From positions 169,356 to 233,355 of the forward strand of contig MU054308.1 in NCBI GenBank assembly GCA_013239625.1: DNA of 64,000 nt, in the 5' to 3' direction. The DNA comes from Lama guanicoe. Taxonomy: Eukaryota. Shown here in pieces: positions 1 through 14,900 of the stretch (its first letter is position 1; each line of letters starts with the position of its first letter). Under the pieces are notes generated by a model. That model did not search any database. It saw only the letters and a list, made by a program, of their open reading frames with translations, and was not told the origin of the DNA. Made by a program: the position numbers and the translations under genes.

Positions 1-912
1 CTTTCACCAACATATGCTTTGACCCCCATCTTCAGTTGTAAACAATGGTAACTATTCATAATGGGGATTATTAGAAGCTTATTACATTGTAAAAGACAAA
101 TGTCACCTTCTATTGGTAGCTGAACTTCATTTTTTCCATTTGTAAAAAGAGGAGGTTGACCTGCTCCCTCCATACCTTTTCAGTGCCAACATTCTGAAAT
201 CTGTGATTCAATTTATAAAATCTATAGTTGAGGATATTTTCAGATGCTCCTGGTAAAAGCATTTTCTTTCCAAGAGTTATTCATACTCACAACCTACTGT
301 CCTGCTGCAGCTGACTGCAAGAACCATCAGCACTAAGTTATCTCAGCGGATGGAAAGAAGCAATAATACAGATGACTCAAAAAATCATCTTTTCATAGTT
401 CTGGAATGTTTATACAAAGATACACAGTTTTTTTTTTAATTTTGCAGCAGGAGTGGCAGCAATAAATTTACATTTCCAATCATATAAAATGCCTAGCTCA
501 GTGCCCAAACACTGATGGCACCTCAAGAAAGGTTTCACTGCTTCCTCTACCCTTTCTCTAACTTTAGGATGAGAGCCACGCTGCTTTGTGTACACCCCAA
601 CTGGAAGGGGGAGCAGTGACCAGGACTTAGTTAAAGACAAAGGGACAGCTAGTCTACCATGAAAAGGAGGCTGCAATAATGAAGGCACATGTGAATACAT
701 GGGAATCAACTATAAAAAACAATGTGTCTTTCCTTATACATCTATGTCATAGCAGCTAATTTTTTTCTATTTTTTTTAATTGGTCTTATGAAAGGACATA
801 AATCAATGCCTCTTTTCTTATACACTTATGCCAGTCTTTTTTTCCTTTTTTTCCATTTTTACTGCTACTATGAAGGAAGGACCACACTTCTCTTCTATGT
901 CCACCATTCCAG

Positions 913-1095
913 GCAGTGCTCCTTCACCTTGGCTGCACATTAGAATAACCAGAGGAGCTTTAAAAACTTCCCTATGTCAGAACGCACCCCAGGCCACTAA
1001 GTACCATCAGAGTCTGCAGTGACGGAATGCAGCCACCAACATTTTTTAAGGTCCCCTGGTGATTCCAACATGCAGCCAAGGCTGACAAGTCCAGA
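913..1095. mobile_element. MER5-like hAT-Charlie DNA transposon relic
   Basis: cagtgctccttcaccttggctgcacattagaat...ggtgattccaacatgcagccaagg resembles the MER5 consensus. Confidence 0.65.
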
Positions 1096-1136
1096 AGTAA
1101 ACAGACTAAAGTGCATCTAAACAGCTCCCGCTTTTC

Positions 1137-1273
1137 GTGGGTAATCTCATCTATCTCCACGTGGGGACACCGTGCCTTCTATTCTGGCCGGACTTGTTCT
1201 TCCTGCTCAACCATGTCCCATTTGTACTCAAGTTCTGCCTGGCACCGCTTCCAGAACTCCAGAAGTAAGGTGA
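1137..1273 (-). pseudogene. ANO6: ANO6 exon-11-like with premature stop, 6-nt deletion and mutated donor
   Basis: ctgttag acceptor. Reads TLLLEFWKRCQAELEYKWDMVEQEEQVRPE*KARCPHVEIDEITH (human TLFLEFWKRRQAELEYEWDTVELQQEEQARPEYEARCTHVVINEITQ). TAG at 1181-1179. The donor position reads GA rather than GT. Confidence 0.92.
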
Positions 1274-1598
1274 CTAACAGAGAGACAGAGGAGCCAAGTG
1301 TGGATCTTCAGTGATGACTGATGCTTCAGAAATCTGTACTTAATATTTATTACAATTAACACTTCAGTAAATGGTTCATAAAATTACATTTTATAGGTGA
1401 TACTAAAGAGAAACACGAGTTAATGCCTTTTTTTAAAGAAAAAGAAAATGTAGATAATTTATTGAACTTGTGAAAACAGACTATCTAGTTCTCTAGCTGA
1501 GGGGAAAGGGAGTAACATGATGGTCAGAGGCAGATGACTGTGTATGATGCTAAAGTACCTGCTACCAGCACATTATGCCCACTAAAAACACAAGTATC

Positions 1599-1710
1599 GG
1601 GGGGAAGTGTGGGTATAGCTCAGTGATAGAGCACCTGCTTATCATGTACAAGGTCCTGGGTTCAAGCCCCAGTACCTCCATTAAAAAAAAAAGTAAAATA
1701 AAAACAAAAG
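1599..1710 (+). mobile_element. tRNA-Ala-derived SINE (Vic-1-like)
   Basis: A/B boxes in tagctcagtgatagagc and gggttcaagcccc, A-rich tail, imperfect aaaaaca(c/a)aagta flanking repeats. Confidence 0.85.
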
Positions 1711-2089
1711 TAACTGTCATAATTTAAAAGCAGTGCACGTTCCACCCTCCAAGTCTTCTCCTCACATCCCTCTGTCTCTTCTGTCCAAAGGACCTGAGGG
1801 TGAGGGGAGGAGATGAGAATGCTTTAGTAGCCCCTGCATTTCTATTTTCCACCACTCCAGTCACCCGAAATTAAAATAGTATTTGTAAATATGGAAAACT
1901 GTCATTTTTCTCAATCTTCAGTAAAGTAACCGTTATTCTGTTTTAAGACTCGTAACTTCAAATAGTAGACAAAAAAAAGAAATATTAATTGAAAATGTGG
2001 CTTCAGCATAAATCCCCTAAGCCCTTCTTCCAACCAGACTGTTACTGCTAGACCCCACCTATAGAGAAATTCCAGAATAACCACTGTTC

Positions 2090-2900
2090 CCTCCATCATT
2101 ATACCTGAGTCTCTACCATGCTCTGAGAATAAAGAGAAAAAAGACACAGTCCCTGCTTCCAGGAGCTCCTAGGTGCAGAGGAGTCATTGTGAAGTGATGG
2201 CTGAGGAGGAGTGTTAAGAGGGCTTGGATAACAGTCAGCACAGGGTGCTCGGGGCAGAGAGCCAGAACTGTAGCCAAGGCTCTCCCAGAGGAGGGAACCA
2301 CTGTGGTGAGTTCTGAGATGCCCTAGAGGTGATCAGGTGAAGGTATAATGTTAAGGCCATTTCTCCTTGGGGAGCTGCACATGCAAAGGTGGGAGGCCAA
2401 AGAGAGCCAGGTCCCTTCCAGAAACCGTAAATAGTCTAGAAGTGAGCACAGGGTGTCGGAGGCGGGTGAGGCAGCTAGGAGAAGAGATCACAGGTGCACA
2501 TCACAACGGACTCTGTGCCTCCAAGGTAGAGGAGATGTGTAAGCTGGTCTAGAAAGAGACTAGATAGAGGCAGGGAGACCAACTGGCAGGTACATGGCAA
2601 GGCCTGCCGAGGCCCAGCCAGGAGGAGAGAGAAGAAAGCATTTCAGCAGGTGGACAGATTGGCCACAGGTGTGAAGGTAGGGCAGGAAGAGGTCAAAATG
2701 CCGGCCAGCTTTCTGGCTTTGGTGCCATTCCCTGAAGAAGGGCAGGAAGAGGGGCAAGTCATGAGAGGGAACAACTGATCCAGTTCTGTTTGGGTGCCTG
2801 TGGGCTCCAGGAAAGATGTCCAGTAAGCAAGTAAATGTCTAGAAATCGGGAGAAAGTTCTAGGCTGAGCCAAGTAGTTTTCCTGTTTAAAGAGGATAACG
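2090..2900 (-). mobile_element. L2 LINE relic
   Basis: Purine-rich degenerate sequence with L2-type motifs (acagtccctgcttccaggagctc, ggcagggagacc, tctagaaatcgggagaaagttctaggct). Confidence 0.55.
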
Positions 2901-3074
2901 GGTGTGAGTGGACAAGCTTGCGAGAAAAGGTGTGGAGGGGTAGCTCTCACCCTCCTGCACATGGGAAGCATCTGGGAGCTTTTAAAAACAGAGCACCCCA
3001 GCACTGCCCCCACTGTTCTGATTTTACTGGCCTGGAGTGGGCCCTTTGTGCTGTTTTTTGCTTTTTAAATACTT

Positions 3075-3195
3075 ATTTCTTTTTTGTTGTTGGAGGGGTA
3101 ATTAGCTTTATTTATTCTAATGGAGGTACTGGGAATTGAACTCAGGACCTCATGCATGCTAAGCACGTGCCCTACCACTGATCTATACCCTACCC
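3075..3195 (-). mobile_element. Vic-1-like SINE inserted in a MER5-like relic
   Basis: ggaggtactgggaattgaactcaggacc...ccactgatctataccct is the reverse tRNA-like body. Confidence 0.8.
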
Positions 3196-5147
3196 ACCTT
3201 TTTTTTTTTTTGGTTGTTTTTAAACATTAGTTTTACTGAGAATTCAGGGTTGAGAATCAACCTGTAGAGAGCAGAGAGACTTGGAGTAGAGAGCAAGCAG
3301 CCGGAGACTCATGGAGCCTCGGACGGGCTGTGAGGAACTTGAACTCAACACTCCACAATGGCAAAAGTGACAAACATGTTTCAAGCACCCACTTCCCAGC
3401 AGTGCTTGTTCTGACTTTTCTAGTTTTCCAGTAATATTGAGTGAGAATAGAAATAATCTGGGTACAGGGATCAAATTCAAATGCTGGTTCTGACCATTCT
3501 TAGCTGCGTGATTACTGATTAAAAGGTTACACATCTGCCACATGTAAAATGGGGGACCTAGAACGGTGCTCGTGGGCTTCTGTGAGCGTAATGGAATGAC
3601 ATCTATAAAGGTCCTCCTGACTCTCAGAAGTAATTGCTACTGAGAGTTACTATTGTCCCCATTTGGAACACCAAGAAACAGAGGCACAGAAAGCTTCAAA
3701 CATTTGCCCAAGATGAGGGTTGGGGTCAGTAATCAAGCCAATGCCTTCTTGGCTCCAGAGCCCAGGATCTTCTTACAAATAACACAGCACAGCCCAAGCT
3801 CCCTGCTCCAAAACCCGCCTCCCTTTGGCTCGGTTCCATGGTGCCTGTGCTGCACAGATGTCATCACTGCCTGCCTGCCCGCTCAGTGTCTGACCCCAGC
3901 ACTCTTCCCTCCGTCCCACACACTGCCTCTTTGGGCAAACCAACCCTCACGAGGCCATTTCTGTGGTTACTGGGATGTTTACAGGGAACCACAGGTGGCA
4001 GCCCAGCTTTTTGCTATAGATACTGGTATCAGTGGAGAAAAACAGCTCACAGTTGGTGGGGGAGGCCACTTCTGGTCTCCTCCTAGGCTGGAGAGATGGA
4101 TGGAATCTACTTTCCCTCTGCAACTTAGACATCCAGCATGAGATCTATGTATGGCCATCTAGCCTCTCAACATAGAAACAATGCCCCCCAGTCGTACTTA
4201 ACATTGTAACCTCCTGGCTCCACCAGGGAGCAGAGGCCATGGCCTGTTGTCCACCAAGTTCTGTCTCCCTGCAAGACAGCTACAATGGGGTGAGTTAACA
4301 CCGGATCAGGAACTCTACAATTGCATATAATTTCCTGACACTTGCAGGTCACCCAAATAGCCCAGATCCTCCAAGTAAACAACTAGTAAGAGAAAATGAG
4401 CTGGCTCACCTGTCAGACCCCTGATGGCAGGACTGATTTGGCCTCTCCTACACTTGGGATGATCCGTTCTCCTTCTGTGTGCCCTTCCCCGACTGAAAGA
4501 GACTGTTCTTTGTTTATGGGCTAGGGAGTATTTGTGGCTCTCTGACCAGAACTTTCAAAAATAGAGCTCTTGTTGAGAATGGAAGCATGGCACCCACGTC
4601 TCATGAGCTCAGCTACCCAACAGCCTCATCTAGCCAAGACTGTGGCCAATGCCAGGGGTCCACACTGTTGAGTGTTGGGTCTGGAGAGCAATGCCTTCGC
4701 CACTGAGAAGCTGCCCCACCACTTTTGACCTTGTCCCCATTGAGAGGGAGGTGACACATCCATGGGATGAAAGCCACGAGGGCACTAGGTGACTGTGGAC
4801 CAAGCTGTGACTGGCTGGTCCTGCCCCCCCCATGTGACCCATGTTAGCCTCACGTGCAGAAAATCCCCAGAGACCCCTGCTTGAGGGAATGAGCCACCTA
4901 TGAGCCAACTGTTCTTGGGCTGCCAAAGAAGTAACACAGTATACATAGTAAGTCACCCACTCACTGAAGTCCCCAAGGCTCACAGCTCCCTAATGTGACA
5001 CCAGGTATCCCCAGCAAACAGAAGACCCTTACTTTATAATTGACTTGAGAATTCTACTGCCAAAATTGCCTTCCACCTTCCACTTATGAAGTTCTTTCCA
5101 CTCTGTCCCCTGCTCTGCAATTGTGCAATCAGTTCAGAGCTCCTTCA

Positions 5148-5735
5148 TGAGACAGGAGGGCAGGGGGCTGGGCACAGCCATTAAAAGAATGGCACAGCCA
5201 TTAGCACCGAGACAGTGGAAAAGTCAACTCCCACTAGATCTTGAGCTTCAATACACACTCACAGAATTACACTCCGAAATTACCGAAATTACACGAAATG
5301 GCACTCCCACAGGTGCCAGAACAGATTCAAGGTTGACCATAAAACGTCAAAGGGTGAGTGGTGGCCCAATTCCTGGGAATCCCAGCACCTTCCCCAAAGC
5401 GGTTGGAATACTCCTCCCACTTTTTAGCATATGAAGATACTGAGTGTGTAAAAACTAACAACCCCTCACACTCTCTGTGGAGTGTGTTTCTACTTTTACA
5501 TTAAATTGGAGCACCCAACCCCCACGCCTCATGGCTTTTTTCTTGCCTTCTGAAACAGCCCACTCTGTCTATGGAGTATGTATCTCTCTGAATATATCTA
5601 CCTTTACTGAACTGTGGCTCGCTCCTGAACTCTTTCCTGTGCAAAGCCAAGGACCCACACTTGGTGAGGTGCATCCCAGGGACCCAAACAAGACCTGGGA
5701 TACAGCCATCCTCTCCCCCACATTTTCCTTTATCA
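5148..5735 (+). mobile_element. Solo ERV LTR
   Basis: TG...CA termini, ~590 bp, LTR-like U5 (ctcgctcctgaactctttcctgtgcaaagccaaggaccc). No clean TSD seen. Confidence 0.6.
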
Positions 5736-8018
5736 TACGTTCCTTCCCAAAGGATCTCACCTTGTGCACTCCAAAATAGACAGCACTCATGTGTCCTGAC
5801 CTGGATCTGCTTCTGAGTGTATCATTTCTTATGTCCACAAGAATGTCACCTTCATGAGGAAAGGGATTTGGTTCTTTTCACAGTGGAAGCACCAGCACAT
5901 CACAGGTGCTGGAGAAGTATTATCTGAATGAATGAGCTGTGAGAAGTCCTGGGAATTCCACCTGAGACTCCTAGCCACTTGGATCCCAGCTGACTCCAGC
6001 TGTTCCCTGCTATTCATGGCTGACCTCTAGCCACCACTCTCTGCTCTGCCATCACGTGAGCTGGGATGAGCTGAGATGAGCACACAGCCTGGAGAACATG
6101 GCGGCTGGTTCGTGAGGTTGCAAGACCTTCACCCCTTGCCTACCGGGGATTACTCAGGATAGAGAGACTGAAGGCAGCACCATGTGCACTGCCCTACCCC
6201 ACAACTCACTTGAAGCACCAGGACTGCACACAGGGGAAATGCTGGCCCTTTCCAACCTAAGGAGAGGGACTATGGGTGAGAAGAGGGTCTCTGTCAATTA
6301 ACAGTCTCTCCATGAGCCCAGCCTGGTAAAAGCACTTTAAAGCCACTTTGGGTATCTTCTTTGTGTTTCCATAATTCCTCTAGATTTTGTCATTTTATTC
6401 TACATATCAAAATTACAGATGTTCTTGAAATCTGTATTGATTTTCAATGAAGAAAATCCTCAATTTCCTTCTCTGCTAAGAGAATTACTGCACTTTATAT
6501 TAAAGAAGCAGCTTCCTTTCATGATTTTCTATCTTCAAACACCTAATTTCACAAGAATCTGTGACCCAAGACATGAAAATCGTGCTGAGCTTTAGCACCT
6601 ACAGGTGGACATGGATGAAACGAATGAGGACTGATCTCATGAGGCGGGAAGGCTGGGGCTGTCTTATTCCTGCTACAGACAGTAGGGTCCATATCTGTGA
6701 GGGGGAGGAAGGACCCAGGATGAGAAACCAACATTTTCTAACCCATTTCTATTTTTCAGTGTCCCAGACAAACAGTGCAATTGTATCAACAAAAACAGGT
6801 ACGTCTGCACCCTTCTAAAAGCACGCTACATCTTTATTGCTACACACGGCACTCTGTCACTGATCTAAAAAGCTGATGACAGCCAAGAAATATGCAGGGC
6901 TCTTATTCCGTGCTCATCCCTTTTTGTCTTTGGTGCCTCAGGCAATTTGCCTCCTCTCTGTGAGTGTCATTTTCCTCATCCTTCAAATAGGAGTGTAACA
7001 GCCATTCATTTGCTCAGTGTCTATCCAGCAACAGGAGATGGCTCATGAAAACAAAATAAAGAAGCAAAACAGCAATTCTGATCTGTGCTCTCTTCCTCTT
7101 CCTCCCTGAACTTGAACATACAGGGTAAAATGGCATCTTTCAGTAAATCCCGAACTTAAGGAGTTCTGATGTGGAAGTCACAGGACTAACGTGTCAGAGA
7201 GAAATGACCTGGTGAAAAAGAATGAGATGCCAGCAAATCCTCAGAACACTTAAGGGTGCAAACCCTGGGAGCTACAGGCATGGATGGGAGATCCTTAGTT
7301 CCCCATTTCACAAAGCCGAGAACTTTGCAGTGTCCATGAAAGACACAGATAGCCCAGTACAACCACACCATGTTTTGGAGTACACCGGGGCCACATCGCT
7401 GCTGACCTGTACTTCTTTGTGTCCCAGAGCGAGAGCCCTGGGTGGGGGTGCCTGTGTTTGAGGCTGGACAAGAACTTCCTGTTCTTTTTTGCTCTCACTC
7501 TTCCTGCAATAAAACAACTGGTAGGACTCTGGTTGGGAGAACTGCACCCACATTCTCTGTCAAAACACACACCAGGCAGCTGTAACTGATCAGAGAGAGA
7601 GAGGACTCTTCTATGAAGATATATACACCACAGGCAGGCAGAAGGCTGCCTGCGACCTTGGGAATCCAAACCAGCTTTTCCTCTTAATCAGGATATTAGG
7701 CATCTAAAGAAAGTATGCACCAGATGAAGATGATGCCTGTACACAGCGTTGGTGGTTGTGTCCAGCAGTGTCTAAGGACTAGGCATGCTCTGGTAGATTG
7801 GAGCATTTTGGTTCCTTTAAGAGTTTGCTGCTGAAGGGCTGGGACATTTCATTGGGCCTTGAAACTCCAGATCTTTTTACTCACAAACACAGACAAGGTA
7901 GGTGAGCCAGCTCAGCCTTTATTCCAACTTCCTAAACAAAAGGCTATGAGGTTGAAATATATTTCTTAGACTCTCCTGCAGCAAGGGTTCCAGATGTGGC
8001 TTTAAAAAAACCCATCAG

Positions 8019-8262
8019 AGTTTGGGATTTGCAAATATTAACTACTATATATAAAAATATCTAAAAAACTAAATTTCTTCTGTTTAGCACAGGGAATTAT
8101 ATTTAATACCTTGTAATAACCTTTAATGAAAAAGAATATGTAAAGGAAGTCATACATATATACGTGTATATGAATGAATGGAACATTGTACTATACGTCA
8201 GAAATTGACACATTGTAACTGATTATACTTCAATTAAAATATATGTGTGTGTGTATATATAT
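8019..8262 (+). mobile_element. 5'-truncated L1 3' end
   Basis: Artiodactyl-type L1 3'UTR (agcacagggaattatatttaataccttgtaataacc...acttcaattaaaa) flanked by imperfect TSD aaaa(aa/tg)cccatcag. Confidence 0.75.
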
Positions 8263-9599
8263 ATTTTAAAATGCCCATCAGCAGCATCTGAGTGTCACTG
8301 AAAGCAACAACCCAGATGAATGGAGGCAGAGGTGGCTGAAGGAGTTATGTTATTTTGCTGGGGTGGATGCAGTCGGCACGGCAGAGATCTAGAGGGAATG
8401 GTCACAACAGCCACTCACTGATCTGCAAGTGAGTTAGGGTAACAGCTTCCTGAAATCCTCCCTGCCCCTCCTGATGAGCCAGGTGTCTGGCTTTTCTCTG
8501 GAAATCAATAGGCGCAGCCTGGAACTCAAATGTAAAAATTAAAAACTTCAATCAGGCAGTGAAGAGACTGGCAAGACATGTTAGACAAAAGTAGGTCAGA
8601 AACAACAAGGAATGGGGAGGGGATAGAACATGTGCTGAGGACCCTGACTTTAGTGGCAGATTGTCTGTGTTGAGGACTCTGAGTCAGTATGAGTAGATAG
8701 GTTGGTGTGGACTAAAAGGGTGGCCATTGTTCAGATAAGTGTGTGATTTGGACTATATTTATTGGAAGAGGGTTTTTTTCCCCCTTCAACATTGATCATT
8801 TCTAGGGAGCAGAAAAATACTCTGCCACACAACAGCTAAATGAAAAAGAGATGCTATGGGATGATGGTGATATGAAATTTTGAGTTCTGAAGTTCCAAGC
8901 TTTCCTTAATGAGGTGCACAGCAGTTGGTACTTAAAATAAAATAAGGTACTTAAAATAAAGACATCATCATATGTACATATCCTTAAAGATACACATATG
9001 GTGCTATAAGGGAGCCTGAAATGTGTTTTGCATTCTAAAATCTGATGAAATAAAATCAGTAGCTCAATATGCCTGTCGGCTCTATAAACATGATGTAGCT
9101 AATGATCACAGAAAGTAAGATCAGCTAGGAAATTTGAGATTTGTCTTTTCCAGTGTCAAAGTTAATATTTTTTCTTTACTTAAAATGTAGTTTTTTTTAA
9201 TTAGGGCTGTCAGCATCCATTCATATACAGGGTTCAGTAGATGTGTTCAGATGTTCTAGACAGTAAATCAGAGGAAAGACTGAGGTTTAGACAGTAGTTA
9301 AATGTCTTGCCCGTGTGATCAGCACCCACATATTTATATACTGAAAGTCCTTAAAAGTGAGAACTGCATTAAAGCAACGAAAAGAGAGGAAAAAAATAGC
9401 CACAGACTAGTGGAAGTTTTGTAACATGTAAAAATGACAAAGGACTATTCATGAGCATATTTCTAAAAACTTCTACACTTTAATAAGGAAAACAACAAGG
9501 TTGCACAGGTTGGCAACAGGTTGTACACTGCTCCCTGTAGGAGAAGTCATACAGATGGACTCATGTGAATGGGGCTGGAGCTGTAGAATTAGTTAGTCT

Positions 9600-11900
9600 T
9601 GCAAGTAACTCAGTTAAAAACAAATGCAAATGGGATACACTTCTAGCATATTTGAGTAAAAATCTTGGAAGACTTACTCCTCTATGAAGCAATGACAATG
9701 GAAAAATTTGTCAAAATTAACCTCTGCAGAACTCTGGAAATTAAACCAAGGCTTCCAGCAATCCAGGGAGTGTTTATTTGAGGAAAACAACAGCTAAATC
9801 TCCATAAAGATAGTGAGTTTTGTGGCATTGTAACTTGATCTATCCCCATCCCTGTATCCTCACCTAAATGGTGACCTTTAAAAGCAACAGTCTCACAATC
9901 AATGTAGGGGCAGAAGTGGTTTGAAGTTACCCAGGAAACCCATCCACAGAGAGCTGTCACTATTTGACCTATCTCAAACCCATGCTGTGCAAACAGCCTA
10001 TCCCTAGAGTGTTTGTGGAAAACAATCAGCAGTGAGTATCTAACATTACAACTGCCTGAGGCAGTGGTACCAGTAGGGGCTAGCTAGATGCTTACTAGGA
10101 AAGTTAGAAGGCAAAATTGAGTAATGAGACGTCTTGGGGGTGGAGGTAGGGTTAAAAAGCTCCAAAAAATTCTGAGAATTGTAGAAGGTCGTACACATGT
10201 GTGGCACATGGCAAGGAAAGATCTGAGAAAACCCTAAGCCTTCAACTCTGGCTGAACTTGTGGTTCTGCATAAGCAAGAACTAAAGGCTATGAAAGAGCT
10301 GCAGACTGCCTGCCGGTGCTGAGTGTGTCCTCAGCACACAGACACACAGCCACCTGGCAACAGCTCAAACGATTGGCTCCAGGCATTGAAAGAAATCACT
10401 GTCCAATCATTACAGTGATGACAACTAGGCTTTCTGCACACACACTGATCTCGTGACCATGCATGATAAATAATACAGACTTCACAGAATTTGTTCAGGA
10501 TAGTAACTAAATAAATAGCTGCAGCAGCAATGACAATGGAAGCAACGATCAACCCTGGAGATGAGGAAAATCTGGCTCTCAGATCTGCCACATTGTAATA
10601 TTTTAAATGTCCAGTTTTCAACAGAAAATTACAAGATGTACAAAAAAAAAAACCAGAAAAGTTTGGCCATAACAGAGGGGAAAAAGTAGTCAATAGAAAC
10701 TCCCTGAGGAAGCCCAGACACTGGACTTACTAGACAAGGACATAAATAAGCAATTACACATATGTTCAAAGAGCTAACAGAAACCATGCCTAAAGAATTA
10801 AAGTATGTGAACATCTCATTGTACAGAGAATATCAATAGATAAAATTTATATTAAAAACCAACTAGAAATTCTAGGAATACAAATATAATGACTTAAATG
10901 AAAAATTCACTAAAGAGGTTTCTCTGTAGATATGAACTTGTTGAAGAAAAAGTCAGTTAACTTAAAACTATTGAGATTATCCAGTCTGTGGAACAGAAAG
11001 AAAAAGGAATGAAAAAAAAAAATGAACACCATGTCAGAGATAGGTGGGACACCGTCAACAATACCAATACACACAAAATTGGAGCGCCAGAAGGAGGGAG
11101 AGGAAAAAAGGGGCAGAAAGAATATATAAAGAAATAGTAGCTGAAAACTTCCCAAATTTGATGAAAACATTAATTTGTACATCCCAGCAGCTCAACAAAC
11201 TTCATGTGGTATAAACTTAGAGACATCTAAAATAGGTACATCAGACTCAGTGTGTCAAAAGACAAGAACCAAGAATTCTGACAGCAGAAAGAGAAAAGTG
11301 GCTCAACATATACAAAGGCTCCTCAGTAAGACAAACAGTTGATTTCACATCAAAAACCATGGAGACCAGAAGGCAGTGGATGGTATCATCAAAGTGATAA
11401 AAGGAAAAGACTGTCACCAAGTATTTTATAGCCAGCAAAATGATTCTTCAAAAAAATTAAAGGAGAAATTAAGACACTCCTACAAAAACAAAATCTGAAA
11501 AAATCCATTGCTAGCAGGCCTGCCTTACAAGAAATAATAAGGATAGTTCAGCAGGTGTAAATGAAAGGACACTCACCTGAGAAAATAAAGAGCACCAGTA
11601 GAGGTAACTACATGAGTAAAATATATAAAACAGTATAGAGTATTACATGTAAGTGTTTTCTTCTATTTGACATAAAAGACAACTGCATAAAACAATACTT
11701 ATGAAACTGTGTAAATGGGCTTATAAATGCATAAATATGTAATTTGTATGACAGTGACAGCACGAGGAGGGGGAGGGAAAAGATTGATAACAGAGCAAAG
11801 TTTTTGTGTACTATTGAAATTAAGTTGGCATTAACGTGAACTAGAGTGATTTAAAACAAGATGTTAATTATAATCTCCAGGGCAACCACTTAAGAAAATA

Positions 11901-11966
<66 letters not shown>

Positions 11967-14900
11967 GAAGAACAAGAAGATAAAATAAACAATAAATTTA
12001 AATGGCACTCTAGAAAATACCTACTTTGTACAAAAAAAGTAGAAATAGAGGAATGGGAAAAAAAGGCATATAGAAAGCAGATAGCAGATGTAACTTCAAC
12101 CTGATAAGAAATTATATTAATGTAAATGAATTAAACATTCCAATCAAAATACAAAATGCAGAAATAAATGGAATAGAGAATAGATGAATAACAGAGAATA
12201 ATCAACAAAAAAAAGCTGGTTCTTTGAAAATATCAACAAAATTGATAAATTTTTAGCTAGTATTGAAGAAAAACAGAGAGAAGATTCAAATTACTAAAAT
12301 CAGAAATGAAAGGATGTCACTTCTGCCCTTACAAAAATAACAAGGAATATAAGGGAATACCATGAATAATTTTACAGCCAATAAATGAGATAATCTAGAC
12401 GAAACAGATAAATTCCTAGAAGGACATAAATGACTGAAGCTAATTCAAGGAGAAATAGAAAACTCGAATACTCCTACAGTAAGTAGTGAATGAAATAGTA
12501 ATCCAAAACCTTCCCACAAGGAAATGCTAGGCCCATATGGATTTGCTGGTGAATTCCATCAACTACTTAAAGAAAAAACAAAAATAAAAACAAACGAAAA
12601 AGCAATGCTTCACAAACTCATCTAAAAATCAAGAAGTGGTCACACTTCCCAATTCATTCAATGAGACTAGTATTACACTGATACCAAAACCAGACAAAGT
12701 CATCACAAGAAAACTACAGACTATCTCTTATGAATATAAATGCAAAAATCCTCAACAGAATACAAGCAAATCCAATCCAGTAACATATAAAACAGACCAT
12801 AATCAAGTGGGATGTATCCAGGTATGCAAAGGTAGTTCAACATACAAAAGTCAATTCATGTAATGTGCCATATCAATAGAATAAGGGATAAAGACTAGGA
12901 ATAGAAGAGAACTTCCTCAACTTGACAGAGAACATCTATGGAAAACCTAGAGCAAAGATCATACTTAATGGTGAAAGACTGAATTCTTTCCTCCCAAAAT
13001 CAACATTGTACTAGACGTTCTAGTCAAAGCAACCAGACAGAAAATAAAGCCTCTAGATTAGAAAGAAATAAATAAAACTATTTCTATTCCAGATAATATG
13101 GTATTGTATATTCAAATCACAAGGAATCCACCAAAAAAAAGAAAAAAAACTATTAGAATTAATAACCCACTCCAACCAAAATTGTAAGACACAAATCAAT
13201 ATATAAAAAAGTAATTAAATTTCTATACAATAGCACTGAAAAATCTACAAATAAAATGAAAGAAACATTTTAATTTACAATAACATCAAAAAGAATAAAA
13301 TACTTAGGAATATTAAGAAAAATGTGTGAAATACTGAGGAAAAATGTCTGAAACTTGTATATTGAAAACTGTAAAATACTACTGATAGAAGTTAAAGACG
13401 ACCTAAAATAAATGGAAAGCTCTTCTGCATTCATGGATCAGAAGCCTTGTTATTGTTAGGATGGCAATCGTCCTCAAAATGACCCATAGATTCAATGTAA
13501 CTCTTGCTTTTTGGCAGAAATGAACAAGCTGAACCTAAAACTAATATGGAAATTCAAGATACCCAGAATAGTCAAAACAATCTTGAAAAAGAACAAAGTT
13601 TTGAAGTTTCCAAATTCAAAACTAACAAAACTGTAATCCATACAGTGTGGTACTTGCATAAAGGACAAATAGATTGAGAGAAAAGAACTGAAAGTCCATA
13701 AGCAAACCCTTACACGTAGCCAGTTAATTTTTGACAAAGGTACCAAGACAATCCAATGGGGAAAAGTTAATCTTTACAAAAATGATGCTGGGACAACTGA
13801 ACATACACCTGGAAAGAAAGAAAACTGAACTTTTATCTTACACCATTTATGAAAATTAACTCAAAGTAAATCACAGACCTGAAACTATAAAACTTTTAGA
13901 AAATGAACACTGAGAAAATCTTCAGGACTTTGGATTACAAACACTTCTAAGATATGACACCAAAAGCACAAACAACAAAAGAAAAACATCAAGTAAACTG
14001 GACTTCAGTAAAATTAAAAACTTCTGTGCTTCAAAGGACTTCATCAAGAAAGTAAGAAGACAATCCACAGAATGGGTGAAAGTATTTCCAATATTTTTGC
14101 TGATAAGGGACTTTTATCCAGAATAGACAAAGAAGACTTAAAACGTGACAATACAAAGACAAATACAATTAAAATGGGCAAAGAATTTGAATAGATGTTT
14201 CTCCAAAGAAGACACATGAATGGCAATTAAGCACATAAAAAGATGTTCAACATCAGTAGGCATTAGGGAAACAGAAATCAAAATCACAATGAAATGCCAC
14301 TTCATATAAACTAGGGTGGCAGATATATATGATATATGATATATAAATATGTATCTATAAACCCGGTAATAAAAAGTGTTGATAAGGATATAGAGAAACT
14401 TGACTCCTCATACATTACTACTGGAAATATAAAATGGTGCAGTCACTTTAAAAACTACTTTAGCAATTCCTCAAAACTGTTAAAAGTAGAATATATCCCA
14501 GAAATTCCATTTTTGATATTTCTCAAGAGAACTGAAAACATGCGTTCACACAAAAACTTGTCCTTGAGCATTTACAGCAGAATTATTCATCATCAACTGA
14601 TGGATGGATAAGCAATGTGGTGTATTTATAACAATGGCATATTATTAGAACACAAAAAGGAATTGGGTACTGATATATGCTACACCATGGATGAGCCTTG
14701 ACAACGTCACACTAAATGAAAGACGACAATCACAAAAGGCAGCATACTGTATGGTTCTACTTATATGAAATGCCCAGAACAGGCATATCTGTAGAGGCAG
14801 AAAGTAGAGTGGTGGCTGCTGGGGGCTAAACATAAGGAAGGCTAGGGAGTGACTTACTAAAGGATACTGGTTCCTTTTGGGGGTGATGGTTGCACAATCC

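Noticed and set aside
410..440. KKLCIF peptide (minus strand) resembling the start of ANO6 exon 10
   Set aside because: It lies downstream of exon 11, derives from an A-run, has no acceptor, and the similarity stops after 6 residues.
1599..1681. tRNA-like sequence as a real tRNA-Ala gene (also at the other SINE positions)
   Set aside because: Degenerate stems, A-rich tails and TSDs mark these as SINEs.
3430..3443. gtaatattgagt matching part of ANO6 exon 9 as I recall it
   Set aside because: Only about 12 nt; the flanks do not translate to ANO6 sequence.
11902..11957. Long poly(A) as a retrogene tail (also 20713-20780)
   Set aside because: Both lie within L1 elements at normally A-rich positions, with no upstream processed mRNA.
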